From Octopus sinensis (taxonomy: Eukaryota), in NCBI RefSeq assembly GCF_006345805.1, contig NC_042998.1, forward strand, positions 7,068,001-7,132,000: 64,000 nucleotides of DNA, read 5' to 3'. A program made the position numbers and the translations under genes. Positions 25,425 through 38,386 of this stretch are shown here, piece after piece. Every line of letters starts with the position of its first letter. The first letter of the stretch is position 1. A model generated the notes under the pieces. It made no database searches. It was not told the origin of the DNA and worked only from the letters and a program-made list of their open reading frames with translations.

Positions 25425-25588
25425 TATATTAAGAAAAAGGTCGCAGTCAGAATTTTGGATAATTCTTTATTAGCATTTTCATCCATTCGTGAGGATTTTT
25501 CATGAGGATTTTTTTTAAAAAATCCTCATGAATGGATGAAAGCACTAATAAAGAATTATCCAAAATTTTGACTGCTCCTTTTCCTTAA

Positions 25589-25593
<5 letters not shown>
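25425..25593. repeat. imperfect fold-back centred on T-run/A-run (25516/25517)
   Basis: AATTTTGGATAATTCTTTATTAG / CTAATAAAGAATTATCCAAAATT. Confidence 0.88.
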
Positions 25594-25619
<26 letters not shown>

Positions 25620-25909
25620 TTATATATATATACACATACACACACATATATATGCACATATATGTGTGTATATATGTGTGTTTGTGTACGTGTGTGTGTT
25701 TATGCGTGCGTGTGTGTGTGCTTTTGTTTGTCCTTCATCATCACCTGACAACTTATATTGGTGTATTTATATCCCTGTAACTTGGCAGTTCGTCAAAAAC
25801 AGACCAATAACGAGAACTGGGGCTGATTCATTTGACTAAAGACTCTTCAAGATGGTGCCCCAGCATGGCCACACAGTCTAATGACTGAAACAAGTATTAC
25901 ATAAAAGAT

Positions 25910-26305
25910 ACAGATACATACATATATGCATGCATACATGCATACATACATACATATATACATACATACATACATACATACGTACATACATACATACATA
26001 CATACGTACGTACATACACACACTATTATGTATACATTGATACATGCATACATACACACATAAATACATATATGCATGCATGCATATATGCATTCATACA
26101 TACATACATACATACATACATACATACATTATTATGCATACATACATACATACATTATTATGTATACATTCATACATACATGCATACATACATACATACA
26201 TACATACATACATACATACATACATACACACATGCATGCTTACATACTTACATATATACATACACATACATACATACATGCATGCATACATACATACATA
26301 CACAT
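25910..26305. repeat. (CATA)n microsatellite
   Basis: direct reading. Confidence 0.95.
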
Positions 26306-26712
26306 TTTATTTTTTCGTTTTAATAGAATTAAATTATTATATTACAGAAATGCCATGTAAAACTTTTTAAAAAAACCCGTAAATTTGATGCCAATTTACT
26401 TCTAACTACACATTAACAAGTCAAAATAAAACTTCCTCAATTGTTTTGTATCAAATAACTTATGAAATTTTACCTCAGATATCGCCTCATTATATTGACA
26501 TACAAACCGTTCTACAATTTAGTTAGAATTTGTTAAAATAATTTTTTTGAAGATCAATTTATACTTGTAAACAGTTGTTTGGATTTTAAAAATACTACAG
26601 CAAAAAAATACACAGTAATTTCGATATAAATTTTAGAATTTAAACAAATTGGTGGGTTTGTATTGGTATAAATCAATAGATAAGAAGCAAGAAATAAAAT
26701 AGGTATGTCATA

Positions 26713-27096
26713 GGCGTAGGAGTGTCTGTGTGGTAAGTAGCTTGCTTACGGACCACATAGTTCCAGGTTCAGTCCCACTGCGTGGCACCTTGGGCAAGTG
26801 TCTTCTACTATAGCGTCAGGCCGACCAAAGCCTTGTGAGTGGAGTTGGTAGACGGAAACTGAAAGAAGCCCGTCATATATATATGTATATATATATGTGT
26901 GTGTATGTGTCTCCCCAACATTGCTTGACAACCGATGCTGGTGTGTTTACGTCCCCGTAACTTAGCAGTTCGACAAAAGAGACCAATAGAATAAGTACTG
27001 GGCTTACAAAGACTAAGTTCTGGGGTCGATTTGCTTGTCTAAAGGCAGTGCTCCAGCATGGCCACAGTCAAATGACTGAAACAAGTAAAAGAGTAA
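26713..27096 (+). mobile_element. SINE A, full length
   Basis: family match. Confidence 0.9.
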
Positions 27097-27329
27097 GAAA
27101 AGCAAATACAAATTGTTTCAAGCAGAGCCTCTCATAATTTGATGATAAACTCAAAGTAAAACATTTGATTGTTATTTGCCTCAAGGGGTAATAATCCTTA
27201 TGTCATATAACATAGCTTGATATATTTTGGCCTTTTTGCTCATTTCAGTACTATGACCAGTGTCATATTTGGGCTGGTACACTATTTTGTCACTTGGATC
27301 TCCTTGTCTGGGTTGAGAAGTGGGCCTCT

Positions 27330-27620
27330 AATTTGATTGGTCCCTATCTTGCTTCAACTTTGCAACCCACATCATATCAGTGTGATGTTGCCATGCCACA
27401 GGATGAACTTTCATTCCTAGTTCCAGGTTACTGTGTGACATCTCACTTGACTTGAAACTCACACCTTCATCCAAATGCTGTTGTGTTTCCACAAATAAGG
27501 AAGTCTTCCTACAGTCGTAGCTTTTTTCCTTGAGCTGTCAGACTTTGGAACTCTCATCCCTCTCACTGTTTTGCCCCTTCTTTTCACCTGAACTCTTTCA
27601 AGTCTAAAGTAAACTCATTC
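27330..27620 (+). mobile_element. decayed CR1/L2-group LINE 3' coding fragment
   Basis: NLIGPYLASTLQP and SYSRSFFP*AVRLWNSHP...LNSFKSKVN. Confidence 0.6.
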
Positions 27621-27795
27621 CTTTCCTCTTAATTTCTCCTTCATATTCCCTTACACTAAGTGGCTTCTTGCCTAAAACAGTGTTATTCCTCACCTCCTGG
27701 GAGATGGTAAATGGAGACTGGATCTTTGTTGGTGTTGATGATGGGGACTTAGTTGTAGGATCAACTGAATTATCATTCAAGTGGCTGAGTATTTC

Positions 27796-28001
27796 TATTT
27801 CTTTATTACCCACAAGGGGCTAAACATAGAGGGGACAAACAAGGACAGACAAAGAGATTAAGTCGATTACATTGACCCCAGTGGATGAAAGGATGAAAGA
27901 CAAAGTCGACCTCGGCGAAATTTGAACTCAAAACGTAATGGCAGGCGAAATACCACAAAGCATTTTGCCCGATGTGCTAACAGTTCTGCCAGCTCGACGC
28001 C
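27796..28001 (-). mobile_element. SINE B
   Basis: family match; GCTGAGTATT on both flanks. Confidence 0.8.
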
Positions 28002-28646
28002 TTGAGCTGAGTATTCCACGAACTTGTATACACTTAACATACTTCTCAGGTGTAATAAGTGTTGTTTCTACCTGCCAAATTCACTAACAAGGCATTGGTT
28101 GGCCTAAGACTATAGCAGGAGATAAATAACCAAATAAACAAGGTGTTGTGAGGTGGGACTGAACCTGAAACTATATGGTTGCAAAATAAGTCATGCCTGT
28201 TATACTTAAAGAAAAAAATGAAGCGATATATTTGGAAAATCTATTGAACCTTTTAAATGTTTGTTCTTTAATTTACTGTTTTCCTTTGTTTTACTTCAAA
28301 TACAATTAATTTATCAAAATAAATATTCTGAGTTCATTGTTATTGTTTCTCATTAAATCTATTTTGATATCTTTTAGATTCCTAGTTGCTCCGGAAGTTG
28401 AGTTATCATTTATTAACATTTAAACATTTATTACATTTTATTAATAGCTAAAATAGTTTGTTTAAACTCACATTTAATTACATTGATCTCTCTTTGTGAA
28501 TTACATAGCAGTAAAACTCTAAAGGTGAGCATATGGTTCTATTTGCATAGCTTGCTTCATATTTTCTATTTTCTTCAGATTTCAAATAATCAAATAATGT
28601 TACTATAGTAACTTTCAGATCTCCTTAATAACGTATATATATGTTT

Positions 28647-29025
28647 TCTTTTTTACTTGTTTCAGTCATTTTGACTGCAGCTATGCTGGAGCACAGCCTT
28701 TAGTCCAGCAAATCGACCCCAGGACTTATTCTTTGTAAGCCTAGTACTTATTCTATCGGTCTCTTTGCCGAACCGCTAAGTTACAGGGACGTAAACACAC
28801 TAGCATCAGTTGTCAAGGGATGCTGGGACAACAGACACATACATATATATATATATATATATGACGAGCTTCTTTCAGTTTCCGTATAGCAAATCCACTC
28901 ACAAGACTTTGGTTGGCCTGACACTGTAGCAAAAGATACTTGTACAAGGTACCACACAGTGGAACTGAACCGGAACCATGTGGTTGGGAAGCAACCACAC
29001 TTACCACACAGCCATGCCTGTGCCT
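28647..29025 (-). mobile_element. SINE A, full length
   Basis: family match. Confidence 0.85.
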
Positions 29026-29054
29026 ATATATGTATTTGTATATGTACATATATA

Positions 29055-29090
<36 letters not shown>

Positions 29091-29169
29091 TCTATAATAT
29101 ATATATGTATATAGTACCACACAGCCATGCCTGTGCCTATATATGTATTTGTATATGTACATATATATG

Positions 29170-29201
<32 letters not shown>

Positions 29202-29524
29202 TCTATAATATATATATGTATACGTACATATGATGAGAACTCAGATTAAATTCAGAGTTCAAAATCACGTGATATGGTTACATCTGTTGCTTCATTTGTG
29301 AGTTTGTCTCACAGGGGTAGGGTGATTTCTCACTTCCTCTCTCTCGTCAACTCATGAGTTTGTGCTTTTTTGGCTTTTTGAGTGTTCTTTGACTCTTATT
29401 TCTAGCAATGCTGGTACTATTTTGTATCCTTCTTTCTTAATATGCCTTGAGGTTTGAATATTATAATATATTTGACATATTTATTTATACATATATATAC
29501 ATATAAATATATATATACAGGTAA

Positions 29525-30100
29525 AAATGCCGATGGCATGTGAAAAAGCATTCGAGTGAGGTCATTGCCAGTTCCGCTGGACTGGCTCCTGTGCAGGTGG
29601 CATGTAGAAAACACCATTTGAGCATGGCTGTTGCCAGTACCGCCTGACTGGCCCTCGTGCTGGTGCCACGTAAAAGCACCAACTACACTCTCGGAGTGGT
29701 TGGCATTAGGAAGAGCATCCAGCTGTAGAAACTTTGCCAGATAAGGCAGCAAGCTAGCAGAAATGTTAGCATGCTGAGCAAAATGTTTTGTGGTATTTCA
29801 TCCACCGCTGCTTTCTGAGTTCAAATTCAGCCGAGGTCGACTTTGCCTTTCATCTTTTCGGGTCGATAAATTAAGTACCAGTTACACACTGAGGTCAATG
29901 TAATCAACTTAATCCATTTGTCTGTCCTAGTTTGTCCCCTCTGTGTTTAGCCTATGGTGGGCAATAAAGAAATAAGAAACACTGCCAGATCAGATTGGAG
30001 CCTGGTGCAACCATCTGGCTCGCCAGTCCTCAGTCAAATCATCCAAAACATGCTAGCATGGAAAGCAGACGTTAAACGATGATGATGATGATGATGATGA
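29525..30100 (+). mobile_element. RTE 3'UTR copy interrupted by SINE B (29743-29975)
   Basis: 15-bp imperfect TSD GAAACWYTGCCAGAT at 29728-29742 and 29976-29990. Confidence 0.85.
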
Positions 30101-30119
30101 TATATAGATAGATAGATAG

Positions 30120-30187
<68 letters not shown>

Positions 30188-31030
30188 CATATAGATAGAT
30201 ATAGTTTTATATATATATATCACGCATCAACAGACATCTACATACATATATATAAATATATGTATATATATTTACACCCATGCACATATCTAACAAGAGA
30301 GCCCATTCTCATTAACTGAATATTTAGCACTCATTAATTCCCTTACCACCTTTTATTGTGGTTCATTCACTTGGTTCTAACAGTGAATGAATATCAGGCC
30401 TAATGCAGTGATACTTTCTCATATTAATGAATTGTCACATGTATGCTCATAGCAACTATAATTTCTGTTCGAATAGTCTTCTTCTGTTCATTTTATGACT
30501 GACTGATTTCTTTATGGTGATACAAGATGTGAGTTAAAGGGAGAATAAACTTATTCTCGTACAGTTATTCTATTAAATTTAATACTATTTCTGAAATCAT
30601 TGCACTTAATATTTCTGTAAATTTGCTAACTTTGACAAGACAAATATATAACTTTCAAGAGTTATCACACACAGACACACACACACACACACAGATATTA
30701 ATATATGTATAGGCTTAGGTGTAGCTGTGTGGTAAGAAGCTTCTTTCTCAACCAGATGGTTCCAGGTTCAGTCCCACTGCATGTCACCTTGGACAAGTGT
30801 CTTCCACTCTAGCCTCAGGTTGACCAAAGCCTTGTGAGTGGATTTGGTTGATAAAAACTGAAAGAAGTCAGGCGGCACTGGCAATGACCATGCTCAAAGG
30901 GTGCTTTTTACATGCCACCAGCACGGGATCAGTCAGGCAGCACTGGCAGCAACCACACTCAAATATATATATATGTATATCTGTGTGTGTGTGTGTATAT
31001 ACTCTACTCTTTTATGTATATATATATATA

Positions 31031-31195
31031 ATGGGAAAGTTTACAAAAATAAACAAAAGATGAAGGCAGGTGGTGTACAAACAAACAAATGTATTAGTAT
31101 AGCGCTCAGGAATAGAAAAAGTCTTTTACGTTTCGAGCCTACGCTCTTCAACAGAAAGATACACAGAAAAGAAACAAGGAGAGAAGTAGAAAGGA
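31031..31195 (-). mobile_element. hammerhead-bearing short repeat, family H, copy 1
   Basis: homologous to 49431-49580, 56593-56779 and partial 11624-11692; always beside TA or TATG runs. Confidence 0.75.
31122..31159 (-). ncRNA. minimal type-I hammerhead-like motif with CUGUUGA core
   Basis: minus: TCTTT-CTGTTGA-A-GAGC-GTAG-GCTC-GAAACGTA-AAAGA; 5-bp stem I, 4-bp stem II, palindromic ACGU stem III. Confidence 0.6.
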
Positions 31196-31239
31196 TATAT
31201 AATAATGAAATTATTGTATACAGTGCACAGGTGGTTCTA

Positions 31240-31440
31240 CTATAGGCACAAGGCCTGAAATTTTGTGAGAGAGATCTTGATTACATCAACTTCAGTGCTC
31301 GACTAGAACTTATTTTATTGACCCCAAAAGGATTAAAGGTATATTTGACCTTGGTGGAATTTGAACTTAAAATATTAAGACAGATGAAATGCCACTAATT
31401 ATTTTCTCCAGTGTGCTAATGATGTGACAACTCTCCCTAT
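31240..31440 (-). mobile_element. SINE B2, degenerate
   Basis: family match. Confidence 0.65.
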
Positions 31441-31999
31441 GTGTACATACATACATACATACGTACATGCATACGTGCATATATGCATACATACATACAT
31501 ACATACATACATACATACATACATACATACATACATACATACATACACTCACGTGTTCGTGCATAAATGAAAAATTAATGAGAAAGTTCTTTGTATTTTT
31601 AGAATGCGAATGTTTGATATATATCATATATATATACACAAAGCGCTTGCAATGATATTTAAATTTAATAATTTGAGAAAATGTTCATAAACCACAACAA
31701 AACTGCCCACCTTTTGATGCCAATTCACTTGAGTCTGCGTGTGGTTTCCTCAAACAAACTTTGTGCTTAAAACTGATTTAAATTTAAAAATTTCCATCAA
31801 AAATTTTCATGTTAATTTATTTCCCAGAGACCAGCTTAGTAATGGTAAATTTGCATTAGTAAATTCTTCTTTATTTTTTTAATTAATTTAAATTAAAATA
31901 GTGTATGCTTCTAATAAGGTTAACTTAAAAGAGAATATTAGACCTATATCTATTGATAAACATTTTCTAATCAAATCCAAAGACTAAATAAAGATTTAC

Positions 32000-32221
32000 C
32001 ATATTTTCTAGCAAACAAGTCGATGTAGTATATAGTGTAAACATGAGTAAACACTGAAACATCATCACTATCATTCCAATTCCTCCTGTGTTTTACATGG
32101 AAATTTTGGTCCTCTAGAGTCGTCTTGGTGTAGAAGCCAACCAACTTTTTTTTCTTTTGTTTTTACTGTAAATGTTGGTCTTAGAATTTATGCTGGAAAA
32201 TATGGTAAACTTGGAAGAAAA
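32000..32221 (-). CDS. candidate exon with 5'UTR and hydrophobic N-terminus MIVMMFQCLLMFTLYTTSTCLLENM (CDS 32000-32074)
   Basis: acceptor TTTCTTTTCCTCTTGTAG, donor ATG|GTAAAT; no homology recognised. Confidence 0.3.
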
Positions 32222-32599
32222 CTACAAGAGGAAAAGAAATTAGAAATATTAAGAGATGAAAATGAATTTATTATAAAGAAGGTTTGAAGATTTGTGAGAT
32301 TCAATCTTTCTCAAGGAAGGATATATTTCCTATGTCTTTAATGCATTTTTGAGAAAGCATAAACTTCACAACCTCCTACTCGGTATTTTAAATCTAAAGC
32401 AGAAATTAATAGACCAAACCAATATCATATTCTGAATGAATAGTCTCAACAGTTATTTATTTCCTTCTGACTTGTCTTAACCACTTTTTAAATGTTAAAT
32501 ACACAAACAAAACTGTACTTCAGTTTATGATTCGATTCTTGTTAAAGGTCTTTTCATGTTGTTAAAATCAAATAATCAAATCAAATCATATAAAGATTT

Positions 32600-32655
32600 A
32601 CTTACTCTGTTGAATTAAAGCACAGAAAACAACTCCGTCCAACTTTATCGGAAGT
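32600..32655 (-). promoter_or_regulatory. possible promoter and first exon: CGGAAGT ETS-type motif plus GTAAGT donor
   Basis: CGGAAGT 32649-32655; minus-strand donor 32605-32600; within a ~2-kb stretch lacking recognisable SINEs. Confidence 0.3.
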
Positions 32656-33547
32656 TATAGTTATACATACGCAAAAAGTTATCAAGGTTCTGAATGACTG
32701 ATCGTGTGGTTAGTTATCTGCTACTTTAGTTAGGTTTATGTTTGGGAACTGTGTTATTTTGTTTTGTTGTTATGTCACGGAAATGTTACAATTAAATGAT
32801 TCCAACATTAAATTGTGTATGGATGACAGAATTTATTGATTGGCAAAACTTCTTGAACTTTATTGACAGTTTGTCTGATATTGTATAAATTAACAATAGT
32901 AAAGCATTATTAATGTTTATTTTCAAAGAAAAATGTTTTTTTATTTCTAACATTGTTATAGCAAATCACTGTCAACTGACATTACACTAGGATGCTACAC
33001 AAGGGAAATTTTGAAAGGAAGTATATATAATGCTTATTATTCCCTGTTAGTATTTATTTTTATTCTTTGAATAAAAAATGGATTTATAAGATTTTGCTAT
33101 ATTTTCTGTAATGGCTTATTGTCTATAACTCACAGTATATTTTGAATAAAATAGTAGTTTTGTATTGCAAAAAAATATTTGCTGTTTTCACAATATCTGA
33201 TTCTATTTGAAATAAAGAATTATTTTGCAACAAAAAACAAAAAACAAAAATACAAACAAAAATAATTAGATTAACACACGGAAAATTAATGATTACTAAT
33301 TACATGCCTTCTTCAATTGCCATACTAATCAAATTCACCATTCTTGTAACAGAGAATTTTATCCAATTTCATTCATGTAGTGAGCACAGCAACAGATATT
33401 CCCTTTAGCATCTAATTCATATTTAACAACAGATATATATTTTCATTAAGAAAAAACGTTGGTGTACCATGGAAGAAATAGTTAACAGAAATTTAAAAAT
33501 TTCTTTGGATTTCATTGATTTTAAATTATCTCCAGGCTGGTAGTAAC

Positions 33548-33624
33548 CTTAATAATCATAGGTTTTGAATTATTGAATCTGTTGAATATCTTTAGAACTC
33601 TGTCAGTTCTATCAAATTCTACAA
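33548..33624 (-). CDS. candidate exon FVEFDRTDRVLKIFNRFNNSKPMIIK
   Basis: in phase with upstream exon across an 88-nt GTAAGT...TTTAAC...TAG intron; weak donor, may be terminal. Confidence 0.45.
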
Positions 33625-33712
33625 CTATTAGAGAGATATTATGTTAAATTCAATTACAAGCTGTGATGGAATTTATCAGAAATTCTCTGATGTCTACTAC
33701 TTCATTACTTAC

Positions 33713-33805
33713 AGTGTTTTGGAATAATAGCATCTTGCAAAATCTTATGAAGTATGACTGAATTTTTTATTGATAATGAGAGAGTTATACCTGTCACACG
33801 TTCAC
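33713..33805 (-). CDS. candidate 93-nt exon ERVTGITLSLSIKNSVILHKILQDAIIPKH
   Basis: acceptor TTTCTCTTTATAG, donor GTAAGT, only one open frame. Confidence 0.5.
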
Positions 33806-33835
33806 CTATAAAGAGAAATTCAGTTTCCAGAAATA

Positions 33836-34243
33836 GTTACTCTTTTACTTGTTTCAGTCATTTGACTGCAGCCATGCTGGAGCACCACCTTTAGTCGAGC
33901 AAATCGACACCAGGACTTATTCTTTGTAAGCCTGGTACTTATTCTATTGGTCTCTTTTGCCAAACTGCTAAGTTCGTAAACACACCAGCATCGGTTGTCA
34001 AGCAATGTCAGGGAGACAAACACAGACACACAAACAACCACACACACACACATACACATATATATATATTTATACATATATACGACAGGCTTCTTTCAGT
34101 TTCTGTCTACCAAATCCACTCACAAGGCTTTGGTCAGCCCGAGGCTATAGTAGAAGACACTTGCCCAAGGTGCCATACAGTGGGACTGAACCCGGAACCA
34201 TGTGGTTGGTAAGCAAGCTACTTACCACACAGCTGCTCCTGCA
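33836..34243 (-). mobile_element. SINE A, full length
   Basis: family match. Confidence 0.9.
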
Positions 34244-34877
34244 CCTAAAATTCAATACAAATCTATTGGAAAAAGTATAAGCAATGGACACTTGTACTAT
34301 TTAAGTTGTTTTTCCTAAATAATACAAGTCTTGCTGACACAGACCATCACTAATACCCTTGGATTCTGTTATATTTGACTTACCAGATAGAACTTTTTTT
34401 CCTTATGACCGGAAAGTAATCTTATAATTTAATATTGCACTTACTTAAGATAGAGAGCTGACAGAATTGTTAGTATACTGAGAAAATTGTTTAGCAGCAT
34501 AAGTACCAGTTGAACACTAAGGTCAATGTAATTGCCTTAGTCCCTCCTCCAAACCTTCTGGCCTTTGCCAAAATTTGAAACCAATATTACACTTATTAAT
34601 CATCATTTCATTCAAGATCATTACTATTAGTATCATCCTCAGTTGAGGGTTGGCAACAGGAAGGGCATCAAGCTGTAGAAAATTGACTTTAACAAATTCC
34701 ATGCTTCATGGAAAAATGAATGCTATAACACACTCACACATATGTATATATGCTACACATACATACACATACACACGCACATGCATATATACAACTCACA
34801 CTTTCACACACACATATATATATATCTGTGTATAGTATACATATGTAATTTATATGAATATATTTTGTATATAACAT

Positions 34878-37800
34878 CATAGTTTAGCAACCATTATATC
34901 AGCCTATGCTCCTCAGTCGGGGCTACCCGATGGACAGAAAGACCGATTCTATGACACTCTACTGCAGACTACCTCATTGACGAACGACAGAGACCTTATC
35001 TTTGTGGCTGGTGACTTCAATGGTCACGTTGGACGACATGCTGGGGGCTTCCATGGCGTACATGGAGGCTATGGCTATGGCTCCCGCAACGAGGAGGGAA
35101 CCAGGCTGCTGGAGTTCTGCGATGCAAATAATCTTATGATTTGCAACACTAACTTCAGGAAACCTACCAGCCACCTAGTCACTTACCAATCGGGCCAACA
35201 TACCAGCCAATTGACTACATCCTTACAAGGCAAAGGGAGAGATGGCTGCTTATAAATGCCAAACCTTCCCAGGTGAAGAATGTACCCCACAACATAGACT
35301 GGTAGTTAGTGACTTTAGGATCAGGACTAGGAGGACAACCAGAAGACGACAAATATGGAGAAGAAGGATCTGGAAGCTTAAAGATCCTGCAAATGGACAG
35401 AGATTTAGGGACATATTACTTGAAGCCTCTGACGAAGTAGAAGGGGATAGAGCATCACAGGGGGTAGAAGACAGCTGGACGTTTCTAAGGGACAACCTGC
35501 TGAGAGCCACTGACCAGATCTGTGGCTGGTGCAAAGTCCCCTCTCGACCTAGAATAACGTGGTGGTGGAACAATATTGTAGACAGGGCTATTAGAGAAAA
35601 GAGACAGGCTTGGAAGGTCTGGAAAAATGGGGGTAGCAGGGAATTGTATCAGACTGCCAAAAGAGAAGCTAGGAGACAGGTTTATTTAGCCAGAGGGGAA
35701 GCAGATAAGAAAAATTTGCCAATGTTCTGCGCCGTGAGGACCAAAGACTGGAGGTGTTTCATGTTGCAAGACAGTGTTTGAGAGAGAATCGTGATGTGGT
35801 AGGAGAGAAGTGTGTTCGCATGGAAGATGGTTCACTTGCGCTAAATGAGGTGGTTGCGAAGAGAGGTTTGGAGATGCCACTATGAAAGGTTGCTGAATGA
35901 AGAAAATGAATGGGATAAAGAGAGTCTGCCGAATGTTGACCAACAGAGGGACCAGCTATCCGAGTTGATAGTTCTGTGGTAGCTAAGGCAATTAGAAGCA
36001 TGAAGACAGGGAAAGCCCCAGGCCCATCAGGAATCACTGCAGAGATGCTCAAAATGTCTGGTAGTGTCGGCTATAGCCTAGTCACCCATATAGTTAATCA
36101 GGTGATACACAAAGGGGTCATACCCAATGACTGGTGTAACAGTATAATAGTCAACTGCTACAAAGGTAAAGGTGATGCCCTAGATACAAATAACTACAGA
36201 GGTATCAAGCTGTTGGACCAGGTGATGAAGGTTACGGAGAGGGTCATAGCCCAACTAATTAGAGAGAGAGTTAGTTTAGATGAGATGCAGTTTGGGTTTG
36301 TGCCAGGGAAAAGTACTACTGATGCTATATTCCTGGTAAGGCAGCTGCAGGAGAAATACCTAGCCAAAGATAAGCCCCTGTACCTGGCTTTTGTTGACAT
36401 GGAGAAAGCCTTCGACAGGGTCCCCCGATCCCTTATCTGGTGGGCAATGAGAAAACTAGGGATAGATGAATGGTAGTGAGAGCTGTGCGGGCCATGTATA
36501 GGGACGCCGCTAGTAGGGTGAGGGTTGGAAATGAGTACAGTGAAGAATTCCGGGTAGAGGTAGGGGTCCACCAAGGCTCAGTACTCAGCCCCCTCCTATT
36601 TATCATAGTCCTCCAGGCAATAACGGAGGAATTCAAGACAGGATGCCCTTGGGAGCTCCTCTATGCTGATGACCTTGCTCTATTGCTGAGTCGCTATCAG
36701 AACTGGAGGAGAAGTTTCAGGTGTGGAAACAAGGATTAGAATCGAAGGGCCTCAGAGTCAATCTAGCTAAAACCAAGTCGTAATCAGTAGGAAGGTAGAC
36801 AAATCACAAACACCTTCAGGTAGATGGCCCTGCTCGATCTGTAGAAAAGGCGTAGGTTAGAAACTCTATAAGATGCACCAAGTGTAAGCTATGGACACAT
36901 AAGAGATGCAGCAATGTCAAAGGAAGGCTAACTAGGAAGATGGTTTTTGTATGTGGCAGATGCTCAGGAACAATAAACACTGAAAATGCTCTGAGACCAA
37001 CTTCCGTCACTTTCCAGGGAGAAAAACTAGAAATAGTTGATAGTTTCCGTTACCTAGGTGACCAAGTCAGCAGCGGGGGTGGGTGTGCTGAAAGTGTAAC
37101 TGCTAGAGTAAGAATAGCTTGGGCAAAGTTCAGAGAGCTCTTACCTCTGCTGGTGACAAAAGGCCTCTCGCACAGAGTGAAAGGCAGACTGTATGATGCG
37201 TGTGTACGAACAGCCATGCTACATGGCAGTGAAACATGGGCCGTGACTGCTGAGGATATGCGTAAGCTCGCTAGAAATGAAGCCAGTATGCTCCGATGGA
37301 TGTGTAATGTGGTACTCACACTCGGCAGAGTGTAAGTACCTTGAGAGAAAAGCTGGACCTAAGAAGCATCAGTTGTGGTGTGCAAGAGAGACGTTTGCGC
37401 TGGTATGGTCATGTGGCGAGAATGGATGAAGATAGTTGTGTGAAAAAGTGCCACACCCTAGCGGTTGAGGGAACCTGTGGAAGAGGCAGACCCAGGAAAA
37501 CCTGGGACGAGGTGGTGAAGCACGACCTTCGAACTTTAGGTCTCACTGAGGAAATGACTAGAGACCGAGACCTCTGGAAGTGTGCTGTGCGCGAGAAGAC
37601 CCGGCAGGACAAGTGAGTCCACAACCCGTGGCCTTCTACATGGGATGGAGCCAGCCTACGTATGCATACCTTCCTTCTTGGGACACAAAACTCTACTTGT
37701 GAAGACGTGTTGAGGCAAGTGAGGATCAGAATCGAAATCGATCAATGGAAATTGCGGATGTGCTACCAGTGCCGGTGGCATGTCGAAACTCTGCTTGTGA

Positions 37801-38220
37801 AGACCCATTGAGGCAAGTGAGGATCAGAATCGAAATCGATCAATGGAAATCGATCAATGGAAATTGCAGATGTGTTACCAGTGCCGGTGGCATGTAAGAG
37901 AACTTTCCGTTTCGCGACCGTTGCCAGCACCGCCCCGTTTCGTGTCCGTTGCCAGCCTCGCCTGGCCCTCGTGCCGGTGGCACACAAAAAGCACCATCCG
38001 TTCGTGGCCGTTTGCCAGCTCTGTCTGGCACCAGTGCGGGTGGCACGTAAAAAGCACCCACTACACTCACGGAGTGGTTGGCGTTAGGAAGGGCATCCAG
38101 CCGTAGAAACACTGCCAGATTTGACTGGGCCTGATGAAGCCTTCTGGCTTCACAGACCCCAGTAGAACCGTCCAACCCATGCTAGCATGGAAAACGGACG
38201 CTAAATGATGATGATGATGA
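34878..38220 (+). mobile_element. 5'-truncated, frameshifted RTE-clade LINE (family 1): APE C-part, RT, C4HC3 finger, 3'UTR
   Basis: SAYAPQ and GDFNGHVG (APE); GKAPGPSGI, NYRGIKLL, VDMEKAFDRVPR, GVHQGSVLSPLLF, LYADDL (RT); RLRWYGHV; (GAT)n tail then (TA)n. Confidence 0.95.
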
Positions 38221-38239
38221 TATATATATATATATATAT

Positions 38240-38280
<41 letters not shown>

Positions 38281-38281
38281 T

Positions 38282-38334
<53 letters not shown>

Positions 38335-38386
38335 TGGGTGTGTATGATTGTGTGTGCGTGTATGTATATATATATATATATTAAAA

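Noticed and set aside
32050-32290. Plus-strand start-less open frame ending IYAGKYGKLGRKLQEEKKLEILRDENEFIIKK
   Set aside because: No recognisable homology; overlaps better splice signals on the minus strand; weak donor
34385-34425. Minus-strand GTAAGT donor upstream of exon 33805
   Set aside because: The required phase-1 frame has an in-frame TAA unless the exon is only 18 nt or the A7 run is mis-called
35250-37624. Minus-strand ORFs over the RTE LINE
   Set aside because: Antisense shadows of the LINE coding frame
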